Assembly (NCBI GenBank): GCA_024643755.1
Contig: JAHEMG010000002.1
Span: forward strand, 5,834 to 69,833
Direction of reading: 5' to 3'
From: Flavobacteriales bacterium
Lineage (GTDB): Bacteria; Bacteroidota; Bacteroidia; NS11-12g; UBA955
DNA: 64,000 nucleotides
In this document: positions 36,135 to 43,713 of the stretch, one piece after another
Position numbering within the stretch: position 1 is the stretch's first letter
Layout: the number at the start of each line of letters is the position of its first letter
The notes under the pieces: model-generated
Databases searched by the model: none
Told to the model about the DNA's origin: nothing
The model's input: only the letters and a program-made list of their open reading frames with translations
Position numbers and translations under genes: made by a program

Positions 36135-37447
36135 AAACCAAATCCAACAAGGAAACCAAAGTAAATGTCATCACCCTGGGTTGTAGTAAAAACCTGGTGG
36201 ATAGTGAGGTGTTGATGGGACAGCTGAAAGCTTCTCAGTTTAATGTAGCCCATGAGAGCACCAAAGATGATGCTGATATCGTGATTGTCAATACCTGTGG
36301 CTTTATTGAAAATGCCAAACAGGAGAGCATCGATACCATCTTGGCCTATGCCGATGCAAAAGCACAAGGGAATATCGAAAAGCTCTACGTTACCGGTTGT
36401 CTATCGCATCGTTACAAAGATGAATTGCAGGCCGAAATTCCAGAAGTGGACGCTTGGTTTGGTACATTGGATATGCCCCATTTGCTCAGAACCGTGGGCG
36501 CCGATTACAAACACGAATTGGTTGGGGAGCGATTGCAAACAACCCCAAAACACTACGCATATACCAAAATCTCGGAGGGTTGCGATAGGCCGTGTTCATT
36601 CTGTGCCATCCCTTTGATGCGTGGAAAGCACGTTTCTAGGCCCATAGAGACCATCAAGCGTGAAATACAGGGATTGGTGGCCAATGGTGTGAAAGAAGTG
36701 ATGCTGATCGCACAGGATTCAACCAGTTACGGTTTGGATATCTATGGCGATCGCAAATTGGCGGATCTCATGAAGCATCTTTCAGATGTGGAAGGTTTGG
36801 AATGGCTTCGCTTGCACTATGCCTATCCTTCGCAGTTTCCGTTGGATGTGCTGGATGTGATGGCTGAACGCAGCAACATTTGCAACTACTTAGATATCCC
36901 AATTCAACACATATCAGACCCTATGTTGAAGGCCATGCGCCGCGGAATCACCAAGCGCAGAACCTATGAAGTACTGAATACCATTCGCGATCGCGTGCCC
37001 GGAATAGCATTGAGAACGACATTGCTTGTGGGACATCCCGGCGAAACAGAAGAAGATGTGAAGGATTTGCTTGATGCAATCAACGATATCCGCTTCGAAA
37101 GATTGGGTGTGTTTACCTACTCGCATGAGGAAAATACCCACGCATATAGCTTGGCAGACGATATCGCCCAGGAAGAGAAACAACGTCGCTCAGATATCAT
37201 CATGGAAGCCCAAATGGGCATTTCAGAAGCGTTTAATCAGCAGTTGAAAGGACAAACCCTGAAAGTGTTGTTTGATCGCTTAGAAGGCGATGAATTCGTT
37301 GGAAGAACCGAATTTGATAGTCCGGAAGTCGATAACGAAGTTCGTGTACCGGCCAAAGACAATTATGTGCGCATGGGTGATTTTGCCCAAGTAAAGATTA
37401 CCGATGCCACCGCCTATGATTTGATGGGTGAAGTTGTAACATCGTGA
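36131..37447 (+). CDS. rimO: ribosomal protein S12 methylthiotransferase RimO
   Basis: N-terminal MTTase domain (VITLGCSKNLVDSE, VNTCGFI), radical-SAM motif CDRPCSFCAIP and a C-terminal TRAM domain. Its GTG start overlaps the ftsY TGA (GTGA). Confidence 0.9.
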   Translation: MKTKSNKETKVNVITLGCSKNLVDSEVLMGQLKASQFNVAHESTKDDADIVIVNTCGFIENAKQESIDTILAYADAKAQGNIEKLYVTGCLSHRYKDELQAEIPEVDAWFGTLDMPHLLRTVGADYKHELVGERLQTTPKHYAYTKISEGCDRPCSFCAIPLMRGKHVSRPIETIKREIQGLVANGVKEVMLIAQDSTSYGLDIYGDRKLADLMKHLSDVEGLEWLRLHYAYPSQFPLDVLDVMAERSNICNYLDIPIQHISDPMLKAMRRGITKRRTYEVLNTIRDRVPGIALRTTLLVGHPGETEEDVKDLLDAINDIRFERLGVFTYSHEENTHAYSLADDIAQEEKQRRSDIIMEAQMGISEAFNQQLKGQTLKVLFDRLEGDEFVGRTEFDSPEVDNEVRVPAKDNYVRMGDFAQVKITDATAYDLMGEVVTS

Positions 37448-39042
37448 ACATTCAGCACGCTCCATATCCTCCCAACAGTCTTTCCGATTTCCTTCGTCGA
37501 AGCGCCTGGGGCAACCACCCTGCAGCATTGTATCCTGCCGAAGGTTTAGCCGCAGACATTGATCCCGTTTTATCAGGTATAACCCATCAGTTTACTGCAG
37601 AACATCGCAAGGTAGTTCAGTCGGTGTTTCGCACGCAAATGGGAGATGCCATCACCGATCAGCAGCGACAGAACATTGACCGACTGAGTGATACGGAGAC
37701 GTTTGTGGTAGTGACCGGACAGCAAATCCATGTGGGTTTGGGACCTGCGTATGTTTTGTATAAGATTGTTTCGACAATCAACTACTGTCGGAAATTAAAC
37801 GAACAGCGCCCCACGCAACATTTTGTACCTGTATTTTGGATGGCTTCTGAGGATCATGACGTGGCTGAAATTGCGTCGGTTCAGATCAATCAGGACACCT
37901 ATACCTGGCAAAAAGAATGGCATACGGCGGTGGGGGATATGCCTACCGATGATCTAATTGAGCTGTTTGATTGGCTGCAGATGCGATTGGGTGGTGGTGA
38001 TGAAGTGCAGCAGCGAATAGCCTCTGTGAGTGCACTGTATTTGGCAGAAAATGCCACCTTGGCTTCGGTGACCCAACAATGGGTTTCGGCGCTTTTCGGG
38101 GCATACGGACTGCTTGTGTTGGATCCCAGGGATGTGAATTTGAAGCGCATGGCCCAACCGCTTTTTGAACAGGCCTTGTTTGGAGACGACCTCATAGCAT
38201 CATATAAGGTTTCTACAGCGGCGTTGAAAGCGGCTGGACAGACACCCCCGGTGCATGTGGGACAGAGTTTGTTGTTTTGGATGGATGATAAAGCGCGCGT
38301 AAGAATTGAAAAGACGGTAGATGGGTATCATACCATAAATGGATCGCACCAATGGACGGCCACGGAGATGCGGGCGTTGCTGGGTTCGGAAGATATTCAG
38401 CAGTTATCACCCAACGTGCTGTTGCGTCCTTTGTATCAACAGGCCATTTTACCTTGCGTGTCGTATGTTGGAGGTCCTTCAGAATACCTTTATTGGCTAC
38501 AAACAACCCAGGCATTTCAGACAGCGGGGATGGTTGCGCCGCAGTTGCTGCATCGAAAAGGTGGGGTAGTGATTACGCCTTCGCAGAAGCGGAAACTGGA
38601 TAAGTTGGATGTGTCGTTCATGTCGTTTTTTGCGGGTGTAGAACCCCTCAAACAGCAGCTCATTGCGCGGGAGCAGGGAGAGAATGAGTTGTTGAATGCG
38701 ATTAAACAGTCGCAAACTATATTGGAGCAACAGCTGAAAACTTTGTATCAGTGGAAATCGCCGATGTTGAGTGAATCCAAAAAGCAAATTGATGCCTTTG
38801 TGAAATGGAATCGCAAAATGGGGGTCGAGGCCACGGATGCGCTGATTGAAACGAAATTTTCACCGGTGGTGTGGGATTCCATCACGTCAATACTGACAGC
38901 GAATTTCTCCTTGACAGCACCCCAAGAACGAAAGTTATTTTGGGTTCAGTATTACTTTTTGTATGGGCAGGATTGGATCGATGCCCTTTGTGATTCCGCA
39001 GAATTTGCGGAGAATCAATCCTACTGGATGATCGAATTGTAA
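37444..39042 (+). CDS. bshC: bacillithiol biosynthesis cysteine-adding enzyme BshC
   Basis: 532 aa with the VVTGQQIHVGLGPAYVLYKIVSTI and PVFWMASEDHDVAEI signature of BshC/DUF2317. Its GTG start overlaps the rimO TGA. Confidence 0.78.
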   Translation: MNIQHAPYPPNSLSDFLRRSAWGNHPAALYPAEGLAADIDPVLSGITHQFTAEHRKVVQSVFRTQMGDAITDQQRQNIDRLSDTETFVVVTGQQIHVGLGPAYVLYKIVSTINYCRKLNEQRPTQHFVPVFWMASEDHDVAEIASVQINQDTYTWQKEWHTAVGDMPTDDLIELFDWLQMRLGGGDEVQQRIASVSALYLAENATLASVTQQWVSALFGAYGLLVLDPRDVNLKRMAQPLFEQALFGDDLIASYKVSTAALKAAGQTPPVHVGQSLLFWMDDKARVRIEKTVDGYHTINGSHQWTATEMRALLGSEDIQQLSPNVLLRPLYQQAILPCVSYVGGPSEYLYWLQTTQAFQTAGMVAPQLLHRKGGVVITPSQKRKLDKLDVSFMSFFAGVEPLKQQLIAREQGENELLNAIKQSQTILEQQLKTLYQWKSPMLSESKKQIDAFVKWNRKMGVEATDALIETKFSPVVWDSITSILTANFSLTAPQERKLFWVQYYFLYGQDWIDALCDSAEFAENQSYWMIEL

Positions 39043-39044
39043 CT

Positions 39045-39124
39045 ATGGATTTTTTCCATGGGCTATTGTCGGCTTTTCGCTCGATCTCATGGGAATTGTC
39101 CATGTTTACATGGAATTTTTCCAT
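39045..39124. repeat. three copies of a 15-nt inverted-repeat motif ATGG-N7-CCAT
   Basis: R1 39045-39059 is ATGGATTTTTTCCAT, R2 39089-39103 is ATGGGAATTGTCCAT and R3 39110-39124 is ATGGAATTTTTCCAT. Centre-to-centre spacings are 44 and 21 nt. All lie between the bshC stop (39042) and the likely SulP start (39137). Confidence 0.7.
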
Positions 39125-39136
39125 AGTTTTACGGGG

Positions 39137-40735
39137 ATGAAATTCAACACAAAAGACATTTCCGCCTCCATTGTGGTTTTTTTGGTCGCCTTGCCCCTGT
39201 GTTTGGGGATTGCCCATGCCAGTGGGGTGCCTGTTATTAATGGTTTAATTGCAGGTATTGTTGGTGGATTGGTGGTGGGTTTTGTTAGTGGATCACACGT
39301 GTCGGTCAGCGGTCCTGCTGCCGGGTTGATCACCTTGGTTGAATCTTCTTTGCGTGATTTATCGGGTGGAAATCCCGCTGCCACCGCAACCCATGCCTTG
39401 CAGGCTTTTGCCATGGCGGTTGTAATTGCGGGTGTTTTGCAAATACTGTTGGGTTTGTTGAAGGTGGGTAAATTGGCTGATTTCATACCGGCTTCGGTCA
39501 TTAAAGGCATGTTGGCCGCGATTGGTTTGCTATTGATTCTGAAGCAAGTGCCCCACCTTGTAGGTTGGGATGCCGATGATTTTGGTGATGAGGGATTTAT
39601 TCAGCATGATGGACAGACCACGTTTTCTGAGATCATGGTGGCATTCAATCACTTGACACCGATGGCGATGTTCATTGGGGTGATGGGATTGGCGATACAG
39701 TTTTTGTGGGATACTCCAGCCCTGAAAAAAATGGGGTGGTTGCAGTTGTTGCCGGCTCCGTTATTGGTGGTATTATTGGGTGTAGGGGTGAATGCTTGGG
39801 CTATTCAAAACAATCCATCGCTATCCATTACCGATCATTCTCATTTGGTGAACATCCCTCAGTTTCTGCGTTCGGGTGATGGACAATCATTGTTGACGTT
39901 TCCGAGTATTGGATCTTTGGGAAGTATGGTGGTTTGGGTAATTGCGATTAAAATTACCTTAATCGCTTCTATTGAGTCGCTGTTGAGCATTGAAGCATCC
40001 GATAAAATTGATCCGCACAAGCGTGTGACCCCCCCAAACAGGGAATTAATTGCTCAAGGATTGGGAAACACAGTGTCGGGTTTGTTTGGGGGTATACCCG
40101 TAACCGCTGTTATTGTGCGAAGTTCTGCCAATGTAAACGCGGGCGGTATGACCAAATGGAGTGCGATTTTACATGGCGTTTGGCTTACTGTTGCCGTTTT
40201 GTTTTTTCCTCATGCGTTGAACCTTATTCCCAATGCTGCCCTTGCTGCAGTGCTCATTTATGTGGGTTATAAACTTGCCAAGCCCAGCTTGATACAATCT
40301 GAGTGGAAGAAGGGCCGGGTGTCTTTTATGCCCTTTGTGATCACCATCGTCTCGATTTTGCTCTCCGATTTGCTCATTGGTATTTTGATTGGAATGGCGG
40401 TGGCCTTTTATTTCATTATCCGGTCAAATTTTCATCGTTCCATCAACTTGGTGGATTTGGATAACAATTTCATGGTGCGTTTTCAGCAACAAGCCACTTT
40501 TTTAAATAAATCGCTCTTAAAGACGTTGTTGGATCGCATTCCTTCAAACGCACAAGTGATCATGGATTTAACGCATTGCACGTTTATGGATGCAGATATT
40601 CTCGATGTGATCGATGATTTTCAAGTGAAGGCCGTTGAACGCAATATCTTGATCTCGTATGAGTTTTTAAACGACGCCCAAAAGACCAAGTTATTGGGTG
40701 ATCTCAATTGTAATTTTATCAGTAAAATCAAATAA
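39137..40735 (+). CDS. SulP-family anion transporter with STAS domain (second paralog)
   Basis: From Met 39137 it reads MKFNTKDISASIVVFLVALPLCLGIAHASGVPVINGL...GPAAGLITLV, colinear with the SulP at 10970. It has a C-terminal STAS domain. The track start at 39089 lies inside the repeat array. Confidence 0.88.
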   Translation: MKFNTKDISASIVVFLVALPLCLGIAHASGVPVINGLIAGIVGGLVVGFVSGSHVSVSGPAAGLITLVESSLRDLSGGNPAATATHALQAFAMAVVIAGVLQILLGLLKVGKLADFIPASVIKGMLAAIGLLLILKQVPHLVGWDADDFGDEGFIQHDGQTTFSEIMVAFNHLTPMAMFIGVMGLAIQFLWDTPALKKMGWLQLLPAPLLVVLLGVGVNAWAIQNNPSLSITDHSHLVNIPQFLRSGDGQSLLTFPSIGSLGSMVVWVIAIKITLIASIESLLSIEASDKIDPHKRVTPPNRELIAQGLGNTVSGLFGGIPVTAVIVRSSANVNAGGMTKWSAILHGVWLTVAVLFFPHALNLIPNAALAAVLIYVGYKLAKPSLIQSEWKKGRVSFMPFVITIVSILLSDLLIGILIGMAVAFYFIIRSNFHRSINLVDLDNNFMVRFQQQATFLNKSLLKTLLDRIPSNAQVIMDLTHCTFMDADILDVIDDFQVKAVERNILISYEFLNDAQKTKLLGDLNCNFISKIK

Positions 40736-40737
40736 AT

Positions 40738-41367
40738 ATGGAAGATCAAATCAAGTTGTTTTTGAGTAATCGGGCGTGGGCGGCAGAAAAATTATCTGAC
40801 GATCCTTCCTATTTCGAGAATTTGGCCAAAGACCAACGTCCTGATTACCTATGGATTGGTTGTTCTGATTCCCGGGTGCCTGCCAATGAAATTATCGGTG
40901 CAGAGCCAGGAGAGTTGTTCGTACATCGAAACATCGCCAACATGGTGGTGCATACCGATTTGAATTTGCTCAGTGTACTTCAATATGCCGTGGAATACTT
41001 GGAAGTGAAACACATCATTGTATGTGGACATACGGGCTGCGGTGGGGTAAAAGCCGCGCTTACCAATACCAGTTACGGTTTGTTAAACAAATGGCTGAGA
41101 AACCTCAAGGACGTATATCGCCTTCACAAAGACGAAGTAGATGCTGAAGTTGGCGAGGAAGCCAAGCTCAACAAAATGGTTGAAATGAACCTAGTGGAAC
41201 AAGTAGGTAACGTGGTAAAAACAAGCATCGTACAGAAGGCATGGAAAAACCACCAACGACCCCATGTGCATGGATGGGTGTACGACATGGATTCGGGTTT
41301 GTTGAGGACCGTGATTGATGTTGCACCGGGGGCTTATATCGACCCCATGTATCAATTTGAAGATTAA
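40738..41367 (+). CDS. beta-class carbonic anhydrase
   Basis: CSDSRVP (Zn Cys plus the Asp-Arg dyad), HRNIANM and GHTGCGGV (Zn His/Cys) motifs. There is a 2-nt gap after SulP. Confidence 0.9.
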   Translation: MEDQIKLFLSNRAWAAEKLSDDPSYFENLAKDQRPDYLWIGCSDSRVPANEIIGAEPGELFVHRNIANMVVHTDLNLLSVLQYAVEYLEVKHIIVCGHTGCGGVKAALTNTSYGLLNKWLRNLKDVYRLHKDEVDAEVGEEAKLNKMVEMNLVEQVGNVVKTSIVQKAWKNHQRPHVHGWVYDMDSGLLRTVIDVAPGAYIDPMYQFED

Positions 41368-42065
41368 TGCTTGCGCTGCTTGTCTAGGCGCATGTTGATG
41401 ATTTCGATAACAAAAGAAAACGCCATCGCAAAGTAAATATATCCTTTGTCGATGTGCTGTCCTAAGCCTTCGCCCAACAAACTAACGCCGATCAATACCA
41501 AGAACGACAGGGCCAAAATTTTGATGCTGGGGTTGTCGTTGACGAAATTGGCGATGGGTTCGCTTGCCCACAACATCACCAGCATTGAAATGATTACCGC
41601 TACAATCATGACCCAAACTTCATTGGCCATACCCACGGCTGTGATCACGGAATCCAAACTAAACACCACGTTGATTAGGGCCATTTGCAATAATATGCCT
41701 GTCCATCCTTTGGCATCGGTGCGTTCCTTGATTTCTTCTTCGTGGCCTTTCATTTTCAAGTGGATCTCCCTTACACTCTGATATAGCAAGAACAAACCAC
41801 CAATGATCACCAACAGGTCTTTGCCGGAGATACCTTGGTCCATGACAAAAAACAGATCGGCTTCTTGACGTTGAACCCAATTGATACCCATTAACATGAT
41901 GATTCTCACCAACATTCCCAAGAGTAAGCCATACCTGCGGGCCTGTTTCTGTTTCCCACCGGGGGCTTTGTTGGCTAAAATTGAAATGAAAATAATGTTG
42001 TCGATACCCAAAACGATTTCGAGTACGGTCAGGGCAAACAAACTGATGATAATGTCTTGTGTCAT
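41364..42065 (-). CDS. TerC-family integral membrane protein
   Basis: 233 aa and polytopic. LEIVLGIDNIIFISIL and LDSVITAVGM are the paired TerC repeat motifs. Confidence 0.85.
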   Translation of the reverse strand: MTQDIIISLFALTVLEIVLGIDNIIFISILANKAPGGKQKQARRYGLLLGMLVRIIMLMGINWVQRQEADLFFVMDQGISGKDLLVIIGGLFLLYQSVREIHLKMKGHEEEIKERTDAKGWTGILLQMALINVVFSLDSVITAVGMANEVWVMIVAVIISMLVMLWASEPIANFVNDNPSIKILALSFLVLIGVSLLGEGLGQHIDKGYIYFAMAFSFVIEIINMRLDKQRKH

Positions 42066-42973
42066 GATGATTTGTCAAAATTACGAACGAAATCCATCCA
42101 ATCCTTGGAAGAGATCCATTCTGTTGAAAAGCGGTTGTTGAAATAGGTTATTTGTCGTTTCGCGTAGTTCCGAGTATGTTGTTTGATCTTCTCGATGGCT
42201 TCTGCTTCAGACAATTCACCAGAGAAACTGTCGAACAGTTCAGTATAACCCACGGTTTGTAGGGCCTTTAAGTCTTTTTGGGGATACAAGTTCCGGGCTT
42301 CCGCTACCAATCCCATCGCAACCATTGCGTCTACACGTTGATTTATCCGGTCATACAATACCTCTCTGGGGTGGTCGATGCCCACAAATCGAATATTGAT
42401 CCCTTCGAAGTGATTGATTTTCTCTTGGCCGTAAATTTCTGATAGGGGTTTTCTCAATTGAATACAAAGTTCAAGTGCCCGCATCACCCGTTGAGGGTTG
42501 TCTAATCGCACAAATGAACCCGCGCTAGGATCGAGCTGTAGCAACATTTTCAGCAACGGTTCGATGCCATTCTCCACGTATTGATCAAGAATTTCACTGC
42601 GCAAATCGGGGTCCACCTCAGGCAAATCGTCCATGCCGTTCAGTAGCGCCTCAATGTACAAGCCAGTACCTCCGCAGAGTACAGCAGCCCCAGTGTTTTC
42701 TATCAGTTGAAGGGTGATGGGCCTGAAAATCTCAGCATGGGTCCCCGCATTGTAATGGTAAATGATGGGTACATGTCCAACACCGTGGTGCGGTACTTCA
42801 AGTAGCTCTTCTGCACTGGGTTTGGCCACTGCGATGTTGAGTTCTTGGTATACTTGTCGAGAATCTACGTTGATGATTTCTGTATGCAACGCTTTGGCCA
42901 ATGCGATGGCAGCCGCGGTTTTTCCAGAGGCGGTAGGACCTCCCACAACAAACAAAGTGGGTTGTGCTTTCAC
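42062..42973 (-). CDS. miaA: tRNA dimethylallyltransferase
   Basis: P-loop VVGGPTASGKTAAAIALA, then INVDSRQVYQELNI, and typical length (303 aa). Confidence 0.9.
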   Translation of the reverse strand: MKAQPTLFVVGGPTASGKTAAAIALAKALHTEIINVDSRQVYQELNIAVAKPSAEELLEVPHHGVGHVPIIYHYNAGTHAEIFRPITLQLIENTGAAVLCGGTGLYIEALLNGMDDLPEVDPDLRSEILDQYVENGIEPLLKMLLQLDPSAGSFVRLDNPQRVMRALELCIQLRKPLSEIYGQEKINHFEGINIRFVGIDHPREVLYDRINQRVDAMVAMGLVAEARNLYPQKDLKALQTVGYTELFDSFSGELSEAEAIEKIKQHTRNYAKRQITYFNNRFSTEWISSKDWMDFVRNFDKSS

Positions 42974-42977
42974 GTGC

Positions 42978-43631
42978 TTATTTTAGGTCGTCGGCGTCAA
43001 TTCCCTCGCTGAGTGCACCGAAGCCAAATTCGTCATTGTCCTCATCGTCCTCATCGTCCTCATCATCTAAGTCATCATCCAGGTCGTCATCGTCCTGGGC
43101 TAACAATTCTTCTTCATGCTCTACCAACAGACTTTTTACACCCTTTGCCGCCAAGATCTTTTCTGCCAACGTATCAAACTCGTTATCGTCAAGCATCTTG
43201 AATTTGCCTTCATTATGCTGTCTTGGGGCTTTGCCTTCGGTGCGATAGATTCTGGGGTAGGCGTGTTTTGGATTGCTTTCTTCAATGCTAATGAGCTCGC
43301 AAAGCAAGGTCCATTGGGCGTTGTAATCGAATATATAGATAAACCGCTGATGGGGGTCGTTCACGCAGGTGCGAATTTTGGTTTCCTCCATCAATGGCGC
43401 ATTCATGTTGCCAGTTAAATCGGCATCTCCAGATGGTTTCGCCTTCTTTACTTCAGAGATTTTACGCCAACGATCATCGCTCACGAAAAAGCTGGCCAAT
43501 TCCTTGTTGTCGAAGCCAATGGCCTCTTGGATGATGTTGTTGAAATCCAAAAAGGTGTGTGACGGTTTTATTTCAATCCATCGAACCACATCTTCCATGT
43601 CCTCAAACCATATTTTAAAACGATAAACCAT
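42978..43631 (-). CDS. pRiA4b ORF-3-like (PF07929-type) domain protein with polyacidic C-terminal tail
   Basis: From Met 43631: VYRFKIWFEDMEDVVRWIEIKPSHTFLDFNNIIQEAIGFDNKELASFF fits the Y-x-(L/F)-K-(V/I)...W-R-x-I...(L/F)-x-(D/E)-(L/F)-H/N-x-x-I-Q-x-A-x-G-(W/F) pattern. The C-terminus is DDDDLDDDLDDEDDEDDEDNDE. Confidence 0.5.
   Translation of the reverse strand: MVYRFKIWFEDMEDVVRWIEIKPSHTFLDFNNIIQEAIGFDNKELASFFVSDDRWRKISEVKKAKPSGDADLTGNMNAPLMEETKIRTCVNDPHQRFIYIFDYNAQWTLLCELISIEESNPKHAYPRIYRTEGKAPRQHNEGKFKMLDDNEFDTLAEKILAAKGVKSLLVEHEEELLAQDDDDLDDDLDDEDDEDDEDNDEFGFGALSEGIDADDLK
43038..43064. repeat. perfect 3x tandem 9-nt repeat GTCCTCATC (encodes DED x3 on minus strand)
   Basis: Read directly from 43038-43064, inside the acidic tail of the 42978-43631 CDS. 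The repeat is in frame, so any length variation would change tail length only. Confidence 0.9.
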
Positions 43632-43639
43632 GCGAAATG

Positions 43640-43647
43640 CAAAAATA
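43640..43647 (-). promoter_or_regulatory. -7 box TATTTTTG (minus strand)
   Basis: Plus-strand CAAAAATA is minus-strand TAttTTTG, 8 nt upstream of the ATG at 43631. Confidence 0.45.
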
Positions 43648-43713
43648 GTTATCAGTCTTTGCTTATCGATGAAAAAAATGACCACATTGGAAATAAGCCG
43701 TATTTTCGCGGGA

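Noticed and set aside
41364-42973. Expected yybP-ykoY (Mn) riboswitch upstream of the TerC-family gene
   Set aside because: The TerC start overlaps the miaA stop (ATGA at 42062-42065), so there is no leader region and no riboswitch can be present.
43632-43713. Cobalamin or other riboswitch upstream of the TonB-dependent receptor gene
   Set aside because: The intergenic region is only 82 nt and is shared with a divergent promoter. That is too short for a B12 riboswitch, and no conserved B12-box-like sequence is seen.
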